A stretch of 20,000 nucleotides of DNA from an uncultured virus (IMG/VR IMGVR_UViG_3300002097_000869) (IMGVR_UViG_3300002097_000869:113011-133010); one strand, 5' to 3'; shown: positions 8,242-16,729, numbered from the stretch's first letter. Numbers and translations are program-made. The notes: a model not told the origin generated them from the sequence alone.

Positions 8242-8681
8242 TATAAACCTTTTACTAAGGACAAGATCTTATCTTGAGCTTCCTGTGAAACTCCAGAAGG
8301 AAGACGAGGATCCGTGTTTGCAATAGTTTCTGATGGGTCCGAGGGTGCTTCTGAGCGTACTGTTGAAACAAAGCGAACATCATTAGCTACTATATTTACG
8401 AACCTCTTTACTCCGGCTTCGGTCTCTATGCGCCTATTTTCTAAACGTCCTTCTACTATTACTGGAGTACCTTTTGAACAATACTTCATGACGGCTTCAC
8501 CCTGGGGTCCCCAACATACTATTGACATATATGTGGTTTCTTCCTGTTTTACTCCGTCTCTAGTCTTATACCGCCTGTTGGAAGCGAGATCAAAACGGCA
8601 CCCTTTGGTACCGTCCCCTATTGGGCTAGGATCCGAAGTAAGCCTACCACCAAATACCACCAAATTAATGTCTACTGACAT
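8241..8681 (-). CDS. ssb: Single-stranded DNA-binding protein (OB fold)
   Basis: INLVVFGGRLTSDP, FDLASNRRY, EETTYMSIVCWG, YCSKGTPVIVEGRL; start reassigned to ATG 8681 after GGAGG. Confidence 0.93.
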   Translation of the reverse strand: MSVDINLVVFGGRLTSDPSPIGDGTKGCRFDLASNRRYKTRDGVKQEETTYMSIVCWGPQGEAVMKYCSKGTPVIVEGRLENRRIETEAGVKRFVNIVANDVRFVSTVRSEAPSDPSETIANTDPRLPSGVSQEAQDKILSLVKGL

Positions 8682-8702
8682 AAAAACCTCCCACACTTTC
8701 TT

Positions 8703-9053
8703 CTAGTGTTTGCGTCCTCTACACCCACTGCCACAACTATGTGACTTATCGGTGTCGAGATTATTATTACAGTTTTTGCTACTATCACAACCACACCCCT
8801 TTTTTACATTGCTGTTCTGGTTATTCTCCCATTCGCTATCCCCTAAACACATACAATTTCTCATATCATTCTTTTTATAAACCAATCTGTCTAGGGTCTC
8901 CCATATTTTTATTTCTTCAATATTCCAAGGGTTTTTTTTGAACCCACAGCTTGTACAAACGAATACTCTAAACCGTTCGTCTCCAAAACCGTGTTGGGTT
9001 TCCATATCGGCCAACATATCTTTTCCACAAACTTTACATTTGAGATTATCCAT
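8703..9053 (-). CDS. Cys-rich protein with N-terminal Zn-ribbon
   Basis: CKVC...CTSC pair plus Cys-rich tail (CMC, CGC, C, CGSGC); SD AGGAG. Confidence 0.7.
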   Translation of the reverse strand: MDNLKCKVCGKDMLADMETQHGFGDERFRVFVCTSCGFKKNPWNIEEIKIWETLDRLVYKKNDMRNCMCLGDSEWENNQNSNVKKGCGCDSSKNCNNNLDTDKSHSCGSGCRGRKH

Positions 9054-9279
9054 TAGTGTTCTCCTTTTTTGCGGGTATAAGACGTATTAAAGCTGAGTAT
9101 GAAATCCAAGAAAAGACCAGAACTATGAAGTAACCTAATAATTTAGACCTTATTCTAAATTCTAAACCCTCCTTTATAGCATATTTTTCTAGCTTTACAT
9201 ATTTTCTATATTCATATAGTGCACATACTGCTCCTACTAAATGTAGTAATAAGACAGAAGTGACTAAAATGTCAAGCAT
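9046..9279 (-). CDS. Small membrane protein (two hydrophobic segments)
   Basis: ILVTSVLLLHLVGAVCALY and LLGYFIVLVFSWISYSALI separated by a basic loop; coupled to flanking genes. Confidence 0.65.
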   Translation of the reverse strand: MLDILVTSVLLLHLVGAVCALYEYRKYVKLEKYAIKEGLEFRIRSKLLGYFIVLVFSWISYSALIRLIPAKKENTNG

Positions 9280-9280
9280 T

Positions 9281-9634
9281 TTAGTTAACTTTTGCCGATC
9301 TTAGTACGTATTTTGAATTACAAGGGCCACCTTCAAAATATATAAGCTCCCCTTCTTTTACTATTGCTCTACATCCCTCCAAATATAGAATTCCAAACTG
9401 CATTACTCCGAATAAACTAGTGTAGTGTATTTTAAATTGACTCCCTTCTTTTGGAATATCGTTTTCTATAACTAGACCTCGTATTGGTTCTCCTCTTAAT
9501 TTTATATCCGCCACTTTACGCCCTCTATTTGGAAAGAACTTTTCATCTATAGTAAATAAGTCGTACATTGTTCCTTCCGCTTCTAGAGGTATTTCGGAAT
9601 ATACTATACTATGTTCAAAGGCATCCTTGTCCAT
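9281..9634 (-). CDS. Hypothetical protein (117 aa)
   Basis: Co-oriented ORF tiling between neighbours; no motif recognised. Confidence 0.7.
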   Translation of the reverse strand: MDKDAFEHSIVYSEIPLEAEGTMYDLFTIDEKFFPNRGRKVADIKLRGEPIRGLVIENDIPKEGSQFKIHYTSLFGVMQFGILYLEGCRAIVKEGELIYFEGGPCNSKYVLRSAKVN

Positions 9635-9676
9635 GTTTTTTAACGCAACCCTTTTCTTTAAAGGAGAGAAAAGACA

Positions 9677-9931
9677 CTATTCCCTTTCACCAAAGGGATT
9701 AAATCTAGTATGGTTAGGGAGTTCAGGAATAGGTAACCCCGGCCTCCAATTTGGATCTACTTCGCGAATACGACAAATCCAGCATATCTTGCCCTCACCA
9801 GGTACATTCATAGATGAAATACGTTTGTTGTACCACTCGTTGGCTCGCAACCACATCTTACGTATTTTACCACAACGAGGACACCGACTATGGGCCGATC
9901 GCGTTTTATGGTTGTACACTTTGGTTGTCAT
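9677..9931 (-). CDS. Small basic Zn-finger protein
   Basis: CPRC...CWIC pairs; AAGAGA upstream of ATG. Confidence 0.65.
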   Translation of the reverse strand: MTTKVYNHKTRSAHSRCPRCGKIRKMWLRANEWYNKRISSMNVPGEGKICWICRIREVDPNWRPGLPIPELPNHTRFNPFGERE

Positions 9932-9959
9932 TTTCGTTCTCTTTTAACCATCATTGTAT

Positions 9960-10631
9960 TCACTCATATTTGTCTATCCATTTAAGAAGGCGTATTGTTC
10001 CATAGTTATATCTATTATACCTTCCCTCCCGTTTCTGACTTTCGATAATGTTTCTACACACAGATATGTTCGCGCCGTGTTCTAATAGCGCTTCTATTAC
10101 TTCAGTATGGCCGCAGGCTAAGGCATATTTGAGGGCCCGATCATAGTCTGCATGTACGTTCGCCCCATGCCTAAGTAGTACTTTTACAATAGCAAGATGC
10201 CCTGTTCTACAAGCTTTCCTAAGAGCTAAATCATTATACATATGAACATCAGCTCCTTCGGTAATAACTCTACTCAATACTTTGGGTGTAATCTTCTCTT
10301 TTTCACCCATAATTACTTTGTTGGCGTGCCATACTTGTGGCTTATTTTCAAGGTGTCCGAAAAACCCTGCAAAAGTATCTTTTACCACGTGGGTATTACT
10401 AGGTATGGTAACTTTTCGTAGCCACGGTCCACAATCTAAAAAGGCTAGAGTGTCTTCCTTGGTAAAATAGATATCGAATGATGGCTTAGCTACATTGAGC
10501 CCAGTCTTGAGTTTTAGTCCGTCATAAATTCTATTCAGCATTATAATTTTGTAGAAACCCATTTGGGTATCGTTTTTTATTTCGTGTGGGTCGTAGCTAC
10601 AATGAGCCTGGGCATGGTAGTACTTAGACAT
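9960..10631 (-). CDS. Ankyrin-repeat protein with N-terminal domain resembling Mimiviridae ankyrin proteins
   Basis: Two 30-aa ANK units (GADVHMYNDLALRKACRTGHLAIVKVLLRH; GANVHADYDRALKYALACGHTEVIEALLEH); N-terminal FYKI..KTGLN..IYFT..WLRKVTIP..WHANKVIMGE. Start uncertain (10652, 10631 or 10562). Confidence 0.85.
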   Translation of the reverse strand: MSKYYHAQAHCSYDPHEIKNDTQMGFYKIIMLNRIYDGLKLKTGLNVAKPSFDIYFTKEDTLAFLDCGPWLRKVTIPSNTHVVKDTFAGFFGHLENKPQVWHANKVIMGEKEKITPKVLSRVITEGADVHMYNDLALRKACRTGHLAIVKVLLRHGANVHADYDRALKYALACGHTEVIEALLEHGANISVCRNIIESQKREGRYNRYNYGTIRLLKWIDKYE

Positions 10632-10648
10632 TGTTCTTTCTTCTGATG

Positions 10649-13600
10649 TCAACTTCTCATTTTTTCTTTGGCGTGTTTAAACATCCAACCAGTCAGGTCT
10701 TTTGGTTCAGTATTTATGTTCTTTATCATTACAATTGGGTGCAGATTAGACCTAGTGGTAAACCAAAACTTGTGAAATTTTCTAACTATTATATTAACAA
10801 TGGAGGACCTACCTTCTAACTCTGCCTTTTTATAATATTCCTCCAAACTTTCGGGACGAAATCCACAAAGGGCGGCCTTTTTTCTTATTATGTCAGTTAA
10901 TTTTATGCTGGTAGATTTATCAAATCCTAATTCCACCATCTTATCAACTCGGGCTGTACATATCGCTTCTTTACATTCTTTTTCCAGGCTTCTTCCAGCA
11001 TGCTTTCTACTAAATACACTATTAGCAACTTTGTCTAGTAGAATTTCCATTGCTATTGTAGTATCAGGGTCATTATAGTCCAATTCACCCTCTAAGATCC
11101 TCATTATATTATAGCACAAGGCAATTATTGTTCCGGTACCTCGTTTTATTCCCGTCAAACCCTCTACTATTTCTGCATTTTCTTTGGCATTTAGTAGCCC
11201 AAATCTTTGTATGTTGTATTCATCCAATACTAGCTCCCTAAATCCAGGTATTTTCTTTAATCTGGCTTTTTCATACGCAGCCAGCCTCGCCGGGTGTGGA
11301 TTATTGAACTCTGTTTCTAGGGCTACTCTGGATTCCTTACTGTGAAAGCTCATTATATATATAACATCCCCATCGAAATCTAGGGTGAGTGAAGAAAGAC
11401 TACTCCCACTTACTTTGACTACATACTTAGCAAGGGGCTCATCGGTTATTTTTACTTTCTGGGCTCGTACGGACATGAATCCTAGACAAGGAAACCTTTC
11501 TACTAAAACTATGTCTCCTTCTAATATTCTTAAGTCATTAGCCATTTCTCTGTGAAGCTCTATTTGGTTAGGTTCCAGTATATCACTAACACCGGCTGTG
11601 GCTTTAATTGTGTAAGGATACCGAATTGAAAGACAGTAATTACTTATCTTGCCATTTTTAGAACTTAAGGTGCCTGCTATAGTGTGAAAATATAAAAACA
11701 CAGCCCTACCTACTTGTGACACACTGACTTCTTCGTTTTTATACTTATGAATAGCACTTACTATGGCATTTGCTAAGGCGGATATGTCTGACAAACCAAA
11801 CTGCCCGCTTTGATGTTTCCAAGGCTTTCTAAATTTACTGGAAGGAATTAGTATTTTGTCTAATATATAGGTGTCATTTTCATTATCCATGTGTTTGTTG
11901 GTAAACTCTTCAGAAAATTCTGAAAACATGGCCTTCTTTAATATATATTTATAATCGTCGGGTAACTTTAGATAGAAGCCATTTGGGCATAAGGTTTCAT
12001 CAGAAACTGTCCCACTAAAATCAATAAGGTGGTGAAAGAATCCCCCTGTCTGATTAACTGGGTTTATCTTATCCCACTCTATTGTTGGTATATCCTTTTC
12101 CTCTCTGTTGATAGATTCTAATACACGGATATATTCAAATACCTGGTCCTCGCCTTGGGAGTGTTTTAATATTTCTTTTATGATAGGATTTTTCTTTCCA
12201 AACGTGGTTAGTAGGGCTCTGAATTCTATGTGACTGAGTTTATTACCCGCTTGTCGTACACCCCTACCGTCTACTACATCAGTATCGTATTTTGTCCATA
12301 GCTGGTCCTCAGGTGTCTTGGTGTAACCCCAGAATATCCACCCAGCGACCCCCCTAAAGTCTCCCCATTGGGTGGCAGCCGTTACCGTTCCATCTTCTGA
12401 ATACCCTATATTAGAGAGTTTATCTTTTATTGATTCCATACTGGTAACGAACTCATCTTCTACTATTGTCTCTTTATCGGAGCCATGTATCAAACTACTG
12501 AGAGCTTCTAATAGCTGCCCAAAATTCTTTCTTTTTTGTACAGAACTAGCTGAAACTATAACGTCTATGGGTACATCCCCACGAACGGGGTCATGAATTA
12601 CCCCCGTATCTTGTAAGGTAATAACACCTTTATTTCCATGCCTATTGGTAATCTTTACACCCTCCTTGAAGGTTCTCTTATAAATTATGGTTATTCGTCG
12701 TATTTTAGTTGGTGCATTATTGAAATTTATTACCGATTCGATAACGGAGGATACTATAGCACTTTCGGCTCTTAAATTGAAACGAATGAAACTACCGTCA
12801 GGTTCTATTGCTAAGGGATACAAAAAGTTTAGCGAGTCTCCTTCTCGTACCAAAGTCGTACCAAAAGTTGTATAGCTTTTGGTTTCCATGGTAAAGAGAT
12901 GTTCAAGCCTATTACTAACTATTATTTGGTCTTCAAAATTTAGGGGCATATCTACAAATAGGGTCATTAAGTTCCACCCTGTTCTATTGATCCCTACGTC
13001 ACTTAAAGTTTTTTCTGTCCTACTCATTATTTTGGGTGGTTCATCCCCTCGCATCCCTAAAGTTTGGTATAAATTTCTACGGGGGTTATGATATCCTATA
13101 CCAAACGGTATAGTCTTTCTTACGTCCACAGTAAGAATATTATTATTGCACATACCACTATCTGACAAACCCAAGGAAGTACACGGAAACAATATTTCAT
13201 TAGCTGTCTTTTGATATTCCAAGGCTTTATTTGGAGGAAGGTCTTTAAATGTAGAATCCACTATTTGCATTCTATGGCACATGGCCCAATTTTGCATGTC
13301 AGTGCCTACTATGGGAAGTGCATTTACATAGGAATCAATGACCTTTTGAAAGCCTTTAAACACTATAGGAGCAGAACCATAGATAAAGCTTCGTACTAGG
13401 CGATCAAGCTGAGTTCTTTTACTGGAAGTTTTAGCAAACTTTTGTGGGTTGTCGGTGAACATCCCATATATAAGATTCCAGAAATCTATTTCTTTGCCAT
13501 CCACAAACCAGGTCCCCACGGCTCGTTTTACGTGTCCCTCCTCAATAAAACACAGGCCTTTTTCATCAGAACTGGGAATCGGGATATTGATCGATTGTTC

Positions 13601-13768
13601 TATTTCTTTGGATTTGAATGTGAGCCAAAGACTACCAGATTTTTCCTCAATCCTTATTAACTCAGTTTGAAAGATATCCCCCAACTGTCCCTGGGCTTTA
13701 CTACGAGAGGTCTCTGAAGAAGATTTTATCTTAGATATAAAACCATCTTTTCCAAGAACCTGTGTCAT
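10649..13768 (-). CDS. Single-polypeptide two-barrel DNA-dependent RNA polymerase (fused beta-like + beta'-like catalytic cores)
   Basis: Beta motifs GWN..LNFEDQIIVS, GVKITNRHGNKGVI (12626-12643), DVIVS..KRKNFGQLLE, GNKLSHIEFRAL, then beta' motifs SKNGKISNYCLSIRY, VLVERFPCL and catalytic LDFDGD (11366-11380), all in one uninterrupted ORF. Confidence 0.92.
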   Translation of the reverse strand: MTQVLGKDGFISKIKSSSETSRSKAQGQLGDIFQTELIRIEEKSGSLWLTFKSKEIEQSINIPIPSSDEKGLCFIEEGHVKRAVGTWFVDGKEIDFWNLIYGMFTDNPQKFAKTSSKRTQLDRLVRSFIYGSAPIVFKGFQKVIDSYVNALPIVGTDMQNWAMCHRMQIVDSTFKDLPPNKALEYQKTANEILFPCTSLGLSDSGMCNNNILTVDVRKTIPFGIGYHNPRRNLYQTLGMRGDEPPKIMSRTEKTLSDVGINRTGWNLMTLFVDMPLNFEDQIIVSNRLEHLFTMETKSYTTFGTTLVREGDSLNFLYPLAIEPDGSFIRFNLRAESAIVSSVIESVINFNNAPTKIRRITIIYKRTFKEGVKITNRHGNKGVITLQDTGVIHDPVRGDVPIDVIVSASSVQKRKNFGQLLEALSSLIHGSDKETIVEDEFVTSMESIKDKLSNIGYSEDGTVTAATQWGDFRGVAGWIFWGYTKTPEDQLWTKYDTDVVDGRGVRQAGNKLSHIEFRALLTTFGKKNPIIKEILKHSQGEDQVFEYIRVLESINREEKDIPTIEWDKINPVNQTGGFFHHLIDFSGTVSDETLCPNGFYLKLPDDYKYILKKAMFSEFSEEFTNKHMDNENDTYILDKILIPSSKFRKPWKHQSGQFGLSDISALANAIVSAIHKYKNEEVSVSQVGRAVFLYFHTIAGTLSSKNGKISNYCLSIRYPYTIKATAGVSDILEPNQIELHREMANDLRILEGDIVLVERFPCLGFMSVRAQKVKITDEPLAKYVVKVSGSSLSSLTLDFDGDVIYIMSFHSKESRVALETEFNNPHPARLAAYEKARLKKIPGFRELVLDEYNIQRFGLLNAKENAEIVEGLTGIKRGTGTIIALCYNIMRILEGELDYNDPDTTIAMEILLDKVANSVFSRKHAGRSLEKECKEAICTARVDKMVELGFDKSTSIKLTDIIRKKAALCGFRPESLEEYYKKAELEGRSSIVNIIVRKFHKFWFTTRSNLHPIVMIKNINTEPKDLTGWMFKHAKEKMRS

Positions 13769-13845
13769 GCTACAGACATACCTTTCTTTTTGGGTTTCTG
13801 CACATTCCCGACCACAAATTCCGCAAAAAACTAAATAGGTGCCAA

Positions 13846-14817
13846 CTAATCAACCCAACAATCATACGCATACCATTCGTTCATTACAGATTCAAGATTG
13901 TGTTTTAGGACATATCTTGGGTTATTTATTAAATCCAGGCGTACCCAAGAAAAGAAATATTGCAACATATTTACTGCTAAACCAGAATCTTTATTTCTAT
14001 CCCTATATTCTATAAGTTTATCCATCGATAACATATAACCTAAATTATATAGTTTACATATATAATACAGCGGTATCAATTCATATCTGGCTATGTCTGT
14101 TGGATTTTTTTTATACTTTTTTCTTATACTATCAAATGATAGTAAAGGAATGCCTTCTGAATCCTTGGCTTCTTTATCCAAATAGTTTTCCAATAGCAAG
14201 AACAACTTACCCCCTCTTACATCTCTGCCCTTTTGATGTGTCAAAAAGGCAAGGCCAGACCTACTCACAGTACCATTCTCAAAGAGGCGGATAAAACTAG
14301 ATGAGTTGGCCTCATTAAATATACCGCATAGATCTATGTCTAAGAGTTCAAACTTATGTGGTCTTAATCTTGTTATTTCATTCATATACTTTACGAAGGG
14401 TCTTTTGGCCCAGGGACTTGTTTTATTTCCTGGGGGTTTTATACAGGTTTTTTTCCCATAACAGGCACTAAAAGAATTAAAACTGTGGGGCCATATTTTC
14501 ATAAATGGGAGGTGTTCTTCTCTAGTTCTTATAAGCTTTCGTAATAGTTCCTCTCCATTATGTACAACTGATAGTTTCTCCGTAGTTTGTATGGTAGTTA
14601 TACTACCCGCAGTTGTAATACCCTGGTTTACTAACAATCTTTCAAATAGAGCGTCAGGACCAGCAAAGGTGAGACATTTTATTTTGTCTCTTCTATCACC
14701 ATAATAGAAAGGGAAAGTAGTTTCTAGGAAATTTTTTACTGAAAAGATTTTATGAATTCTTACGAGTGTTTTATTCTTCCCATTCCAACACATTACTTTA
14801 TTAGAGTTTATTGACAT
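13846..14817 (-). CDS. Putative class I SAM-dependent methyltransferase-fold protein
   Basis: KCLTFAGPDALFE (motif I-like) and FELLDIDLCG (motif IV-like); SD GGGAGAG. Substrate unknown. Confidence 0.5.
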   Translation of the reverse strand: MSINSNKVMCWNGKNKTLVRIHKIFSVKNFLETTFPFYYGDRRDKIKCLTFAGPDALFERLLVNQGITTAGSITTIQTTEKLSVVHNGEELLRKLIRTREEHLPFMKIWPHSFNSFSACYGKKTCIKPPGNKTSPWAKRPFVKYMNEITRLRPHKFELLDIDLCGIFNEANSSSFIRLFENGTVSRSGLAFLTHQKGRDVRGGKLFLLLENYLDKEAKDSEGIPLLSFDSIRKKYKKNPTDIARYELIPLYYICKLYNLGYMLSMDKLIEYRDRNKDSGLAVNMLQYFFSWVRLDLINNPRYVLKHNLESVMNEWYAYDCWVD

Positions 14818-14844
14818 CAATCTCTCCCAAAATAAGTTTCATGT

Positions 14845-14883
14845 GCTTCGATGAGCACCCAGATAGTTTGGGGCTATCGAAGC
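14845..14883. promoter_or_regulatory. Intergenic stem-loop (possible mRNA stabiliser, attenuator or processing site)
   Basis: GCTTCGAT (14845-14852) / ATCGAAGC (14876-14883) perfect inverted repeat with an inner imperfect AGCACCCA/TGGGGCT stem; no U-tract directly after on the minus strand. Confidence 0.5.
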
Positions 14884-14895
14884 GTGAAGGCTGGA

Positions 14896-15066
14896 TTACT
14901 TACCCTTACGGGTTTTGTTCGCCTTCTTGGCTGCTAGAGACCTCTTTCGTGCAGCAGCACGTCGAGTATCCCATGCCTTTTTCGCAGCAGCAGAGCGCTT
15001 GGCCGACGTCTCATTAGCCTTACGAGTTTCCCATGCCTTCTTGGCCGCTTTACTTGTATTATTCAT
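14896..15066 (-). CDS. Small basic K/R/A-rich repeat protein (56 aa), putative nucleic-acid-binding
   Basis: Missed by ORF track. Perfect SD AAAGGAGGTGA before ATG 15066; MNNTSKAAKKAWETRKANETSAKRSAAAKKAWDTRRAAARKRSLAAKKANKTRKGK. Confidence 0.85.
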   Translation of the reverse strand: MNNTSKAAKKAWETRKANETSAKRSAAAKKAWDTRRAAARKRSLAAKKANKTRKGK

Positions 15067-15124
15067 TAAATCACCTCCTTTCCATTTTTTTAGATTTTCC
15101 CATTTCTGATATAGTTATACAGTT

Positions 15125-15664
15125 TTAATCGTCGAAAATTGTTTTTAAGTACTCTGCAAGAGTACAGTTTGGAGTAACACTTTCAAGTAAAGGTAAATGT
15201 TTTTTTGCACGCTGTATAAGTTCTTCTGGTCCATGAGCTAGTATGGAATTTATATTCCAAATTAACATATTAGAAATTTGTTTTCCTTTAACGCCAATAT
15301 ACATAGAAAGTGCTGCCCCAGCTTTGGAGTAATCCCTAGTAGCATTTCCGTAAGAGCAGTTGGTGCAAACCGGCCAAAGATCCCCCAAATGAGTATTTGT
15401 ATTATCTTTGCACCTAGGACAACATAGGACTCCTTTCATCATAGTAAATAAAAACAATAGGGACATTAACTCAATAGTCAAGGGGGTATCTTTTAATGCC
15501 TTTATTTTATACTTCCTTCCCTCTTTATTTATATCTACGTCCCATCTTGGCAACAAGCTTGCAGCTTCCCCCTCTAGTATTAGTTTACCACAAGAGCAGG
15601 CTGCAATGGTACAGTCTGAAAATTCAGAATATCGAATACGTTCTCTGCATTTTTCACAAATCAC
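15125..15664 (-). CDS. Double Zn-ribbon hypothetical protein
   Basis: CEKC..CSC and CPRC..CTNC pairs; GTG start with GAGGA upstream. Confidence 0.7.
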   Translation of the reverse strand: MICEKCRERIRYSEFSDCTIAACSCGKLILEGEAASLLPRWDVDINKEGRKYKIKALKDTPLTIELMSLLFLFTMMKGVLCCPRCKDNTNTHLGDLWPVCTNCSYGNATRDYSKAGAALSMYIGVKGKQISNMLIWNINSILAHGPEELIQRAKKHLPLLESVTPNCTLAEYLKTIFDD

Positions 15665-15813
15665 TGTCGGATTCCTCTATTCAGTGTTTCCCATCACTCC
15701 ACCCCTTAGTTCACCATAATTGGCACAAGGACTAGATTGATATCGATAGTTATTCATCTTTTTTAGATTCCTTTGTTTTTTTGTGTCTATAGTTTTGCTA
15801 AGATTTTAAGGAG

Positions 15814-16617
15814 CTATCTATTATATATTTTGATTACCGATATTTCAGTGTAACCCTGCCAATTTTTTACCAATAAAAAGTGATAGTAGTCATCTTTTGT
15901 CTCCAGTGAACCTCCACCCCCTCCGCTACAATAATTCTTGATCTTCTTATACGTATATTCCCTATATGCATGATAGTGCCCGTGAAAAATCGCCCGTATA
16001 GAATCTCTATATTTGTAAACAGTGTTCCAGAGGCGCTTGTTTGAGGGAAAGAAGTACAAGCCGGACATATCGTAAAGTCGATGCCATCGCTTGCCTCCTT
16101 CCCCATAATATATCTTGAAGTTTTCCGGATATGGTAAAGGTTTGTGGGTAAAAATAAAAGTAGACTTGTTTCCAGTGTCAGACAAAGCTAGGTTTAGTTG
16201 ACTTAACATTATGTCTGAGGTAAAAATACCAGCACTATCTAAGATAATAAATTTTAGATTTCTATATGTGAAGGTTTCAAAGGTGGTTCCATAGCCACCT
16301 TTCCAGAAATCTCTCCACTGGTCTCTTGTGGGTTCATGGTCGTATCTACAAGGTAATAGCTCATGATTTCCTATAACATAATAAAAAGGTATATTAATTT
16401 TGTCTATAGATTTTTTTTGGCCTCGCCACAAAGATTTAGATCCACAATATGCCATATCACCAAGGTGTATTACAAATTTTACATTATGTTTTTTTATTTC
16501 TGCTAAAGCATTTATAAATACTTTAGGTCTAGCTTGGGTATCTCCTATAATAGCAAATTCCCAAGGTTCAGAATCTCCAGATAGGAGTAAAGAAGAAAGA
16601 AAGAAAAATTCTAACAT
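15814..16617 (-). CDS. Calcineurin-like metallophosphoesterase with hydrophobic N-terminus
   Basis: GDTQ, HLGD, GNHE, FTHKP, GHYH motifs, SGGGGG; SD GAGGAG; N-terminal FFFLSSLLL. Confidence 0.9.
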   Translation of the reverse strand: MLEFFFLSSLLLSGDSEPWEFAIIGDTQARPKVFINALAEIKKHNVKFVIHLGDMAYCGSKSLWRGQKKSIDKINIPFYYVIGNHELLPCRYDHEPTRDQWRDFWKGGYGTTFETFTYRNLKFIILDSAGIFTSDIMLSQLNLALSDTGNKSTFIFTHKPLPYPENFKIYYGEGGKRWHRLYDMSGLYFFPSNKRLWNTVYKYRDSIRAIFHGHYHAYREYTYKKIKNYCSGGGGGSLETKDDYYHFLLVKNWQGYTEISVIKIYNR

Positions 16618-16641
16618 GTTCTCCTCTTCTAATCTAAAATA

Positions 16642-16728
16642 TGGCGAGGGTAGGACTCGAACCTACGTTGTTTTCCCTAAGGGTAACAGATTTACAGTCT
16701 GTCGCCTTCGCCGCTAGGCTACCTCGCC
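16642..16728 (-). tRNA. tRNA-Tyr (GUA), bacterial type with long variable arm; CCA not encoded
   Basis: GGCGAGG/CCTCGCC acceptor stem + discriminator A, D arm GCCT/AGGC, anticodon arm ACAGA-CTGTAAA-TCTGT, 19-nt variable region, T arm GTAGG-TTCGAGT-CCTAC. Confidence 0.95.
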
Positions 16729-16729
16729 T

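Noticed and set aside
9046..9279. Holin assignment for the two-TM protein
   Set aside because: No adjacent endolysin or spanin; hydrophobicity alone is insufficient.
10649..13768. Cellular rpoBC fusion
   Set aside because: Far too short, motifs diverged and no ribosomal-protein gene context.
13828..13845. Sigma-54-like TTGGCAC upstream of RNAP
   Set aside because: The -12 TTGC element is absent at the required spacing.
13769..13849. In-frame upstream extension of RNAP reading FCGICGREC...VCS (Zn-finger-like)
   Set aside because: No ATG/GTG/TTG between the in-frame TGA and ATG 13768, which has its own SD-like GAAAGGT; likely chance unless homologues show the extension.
15665..15757. TAG read-through joining a 26-codon ORF to the 15125..15664 gene (alternative genetic code)
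   Set aside because: Several clear genes end in TAG (ssb, phosphoesterase, 8703 ORF) and long genes are uninterrupted under the standard code.
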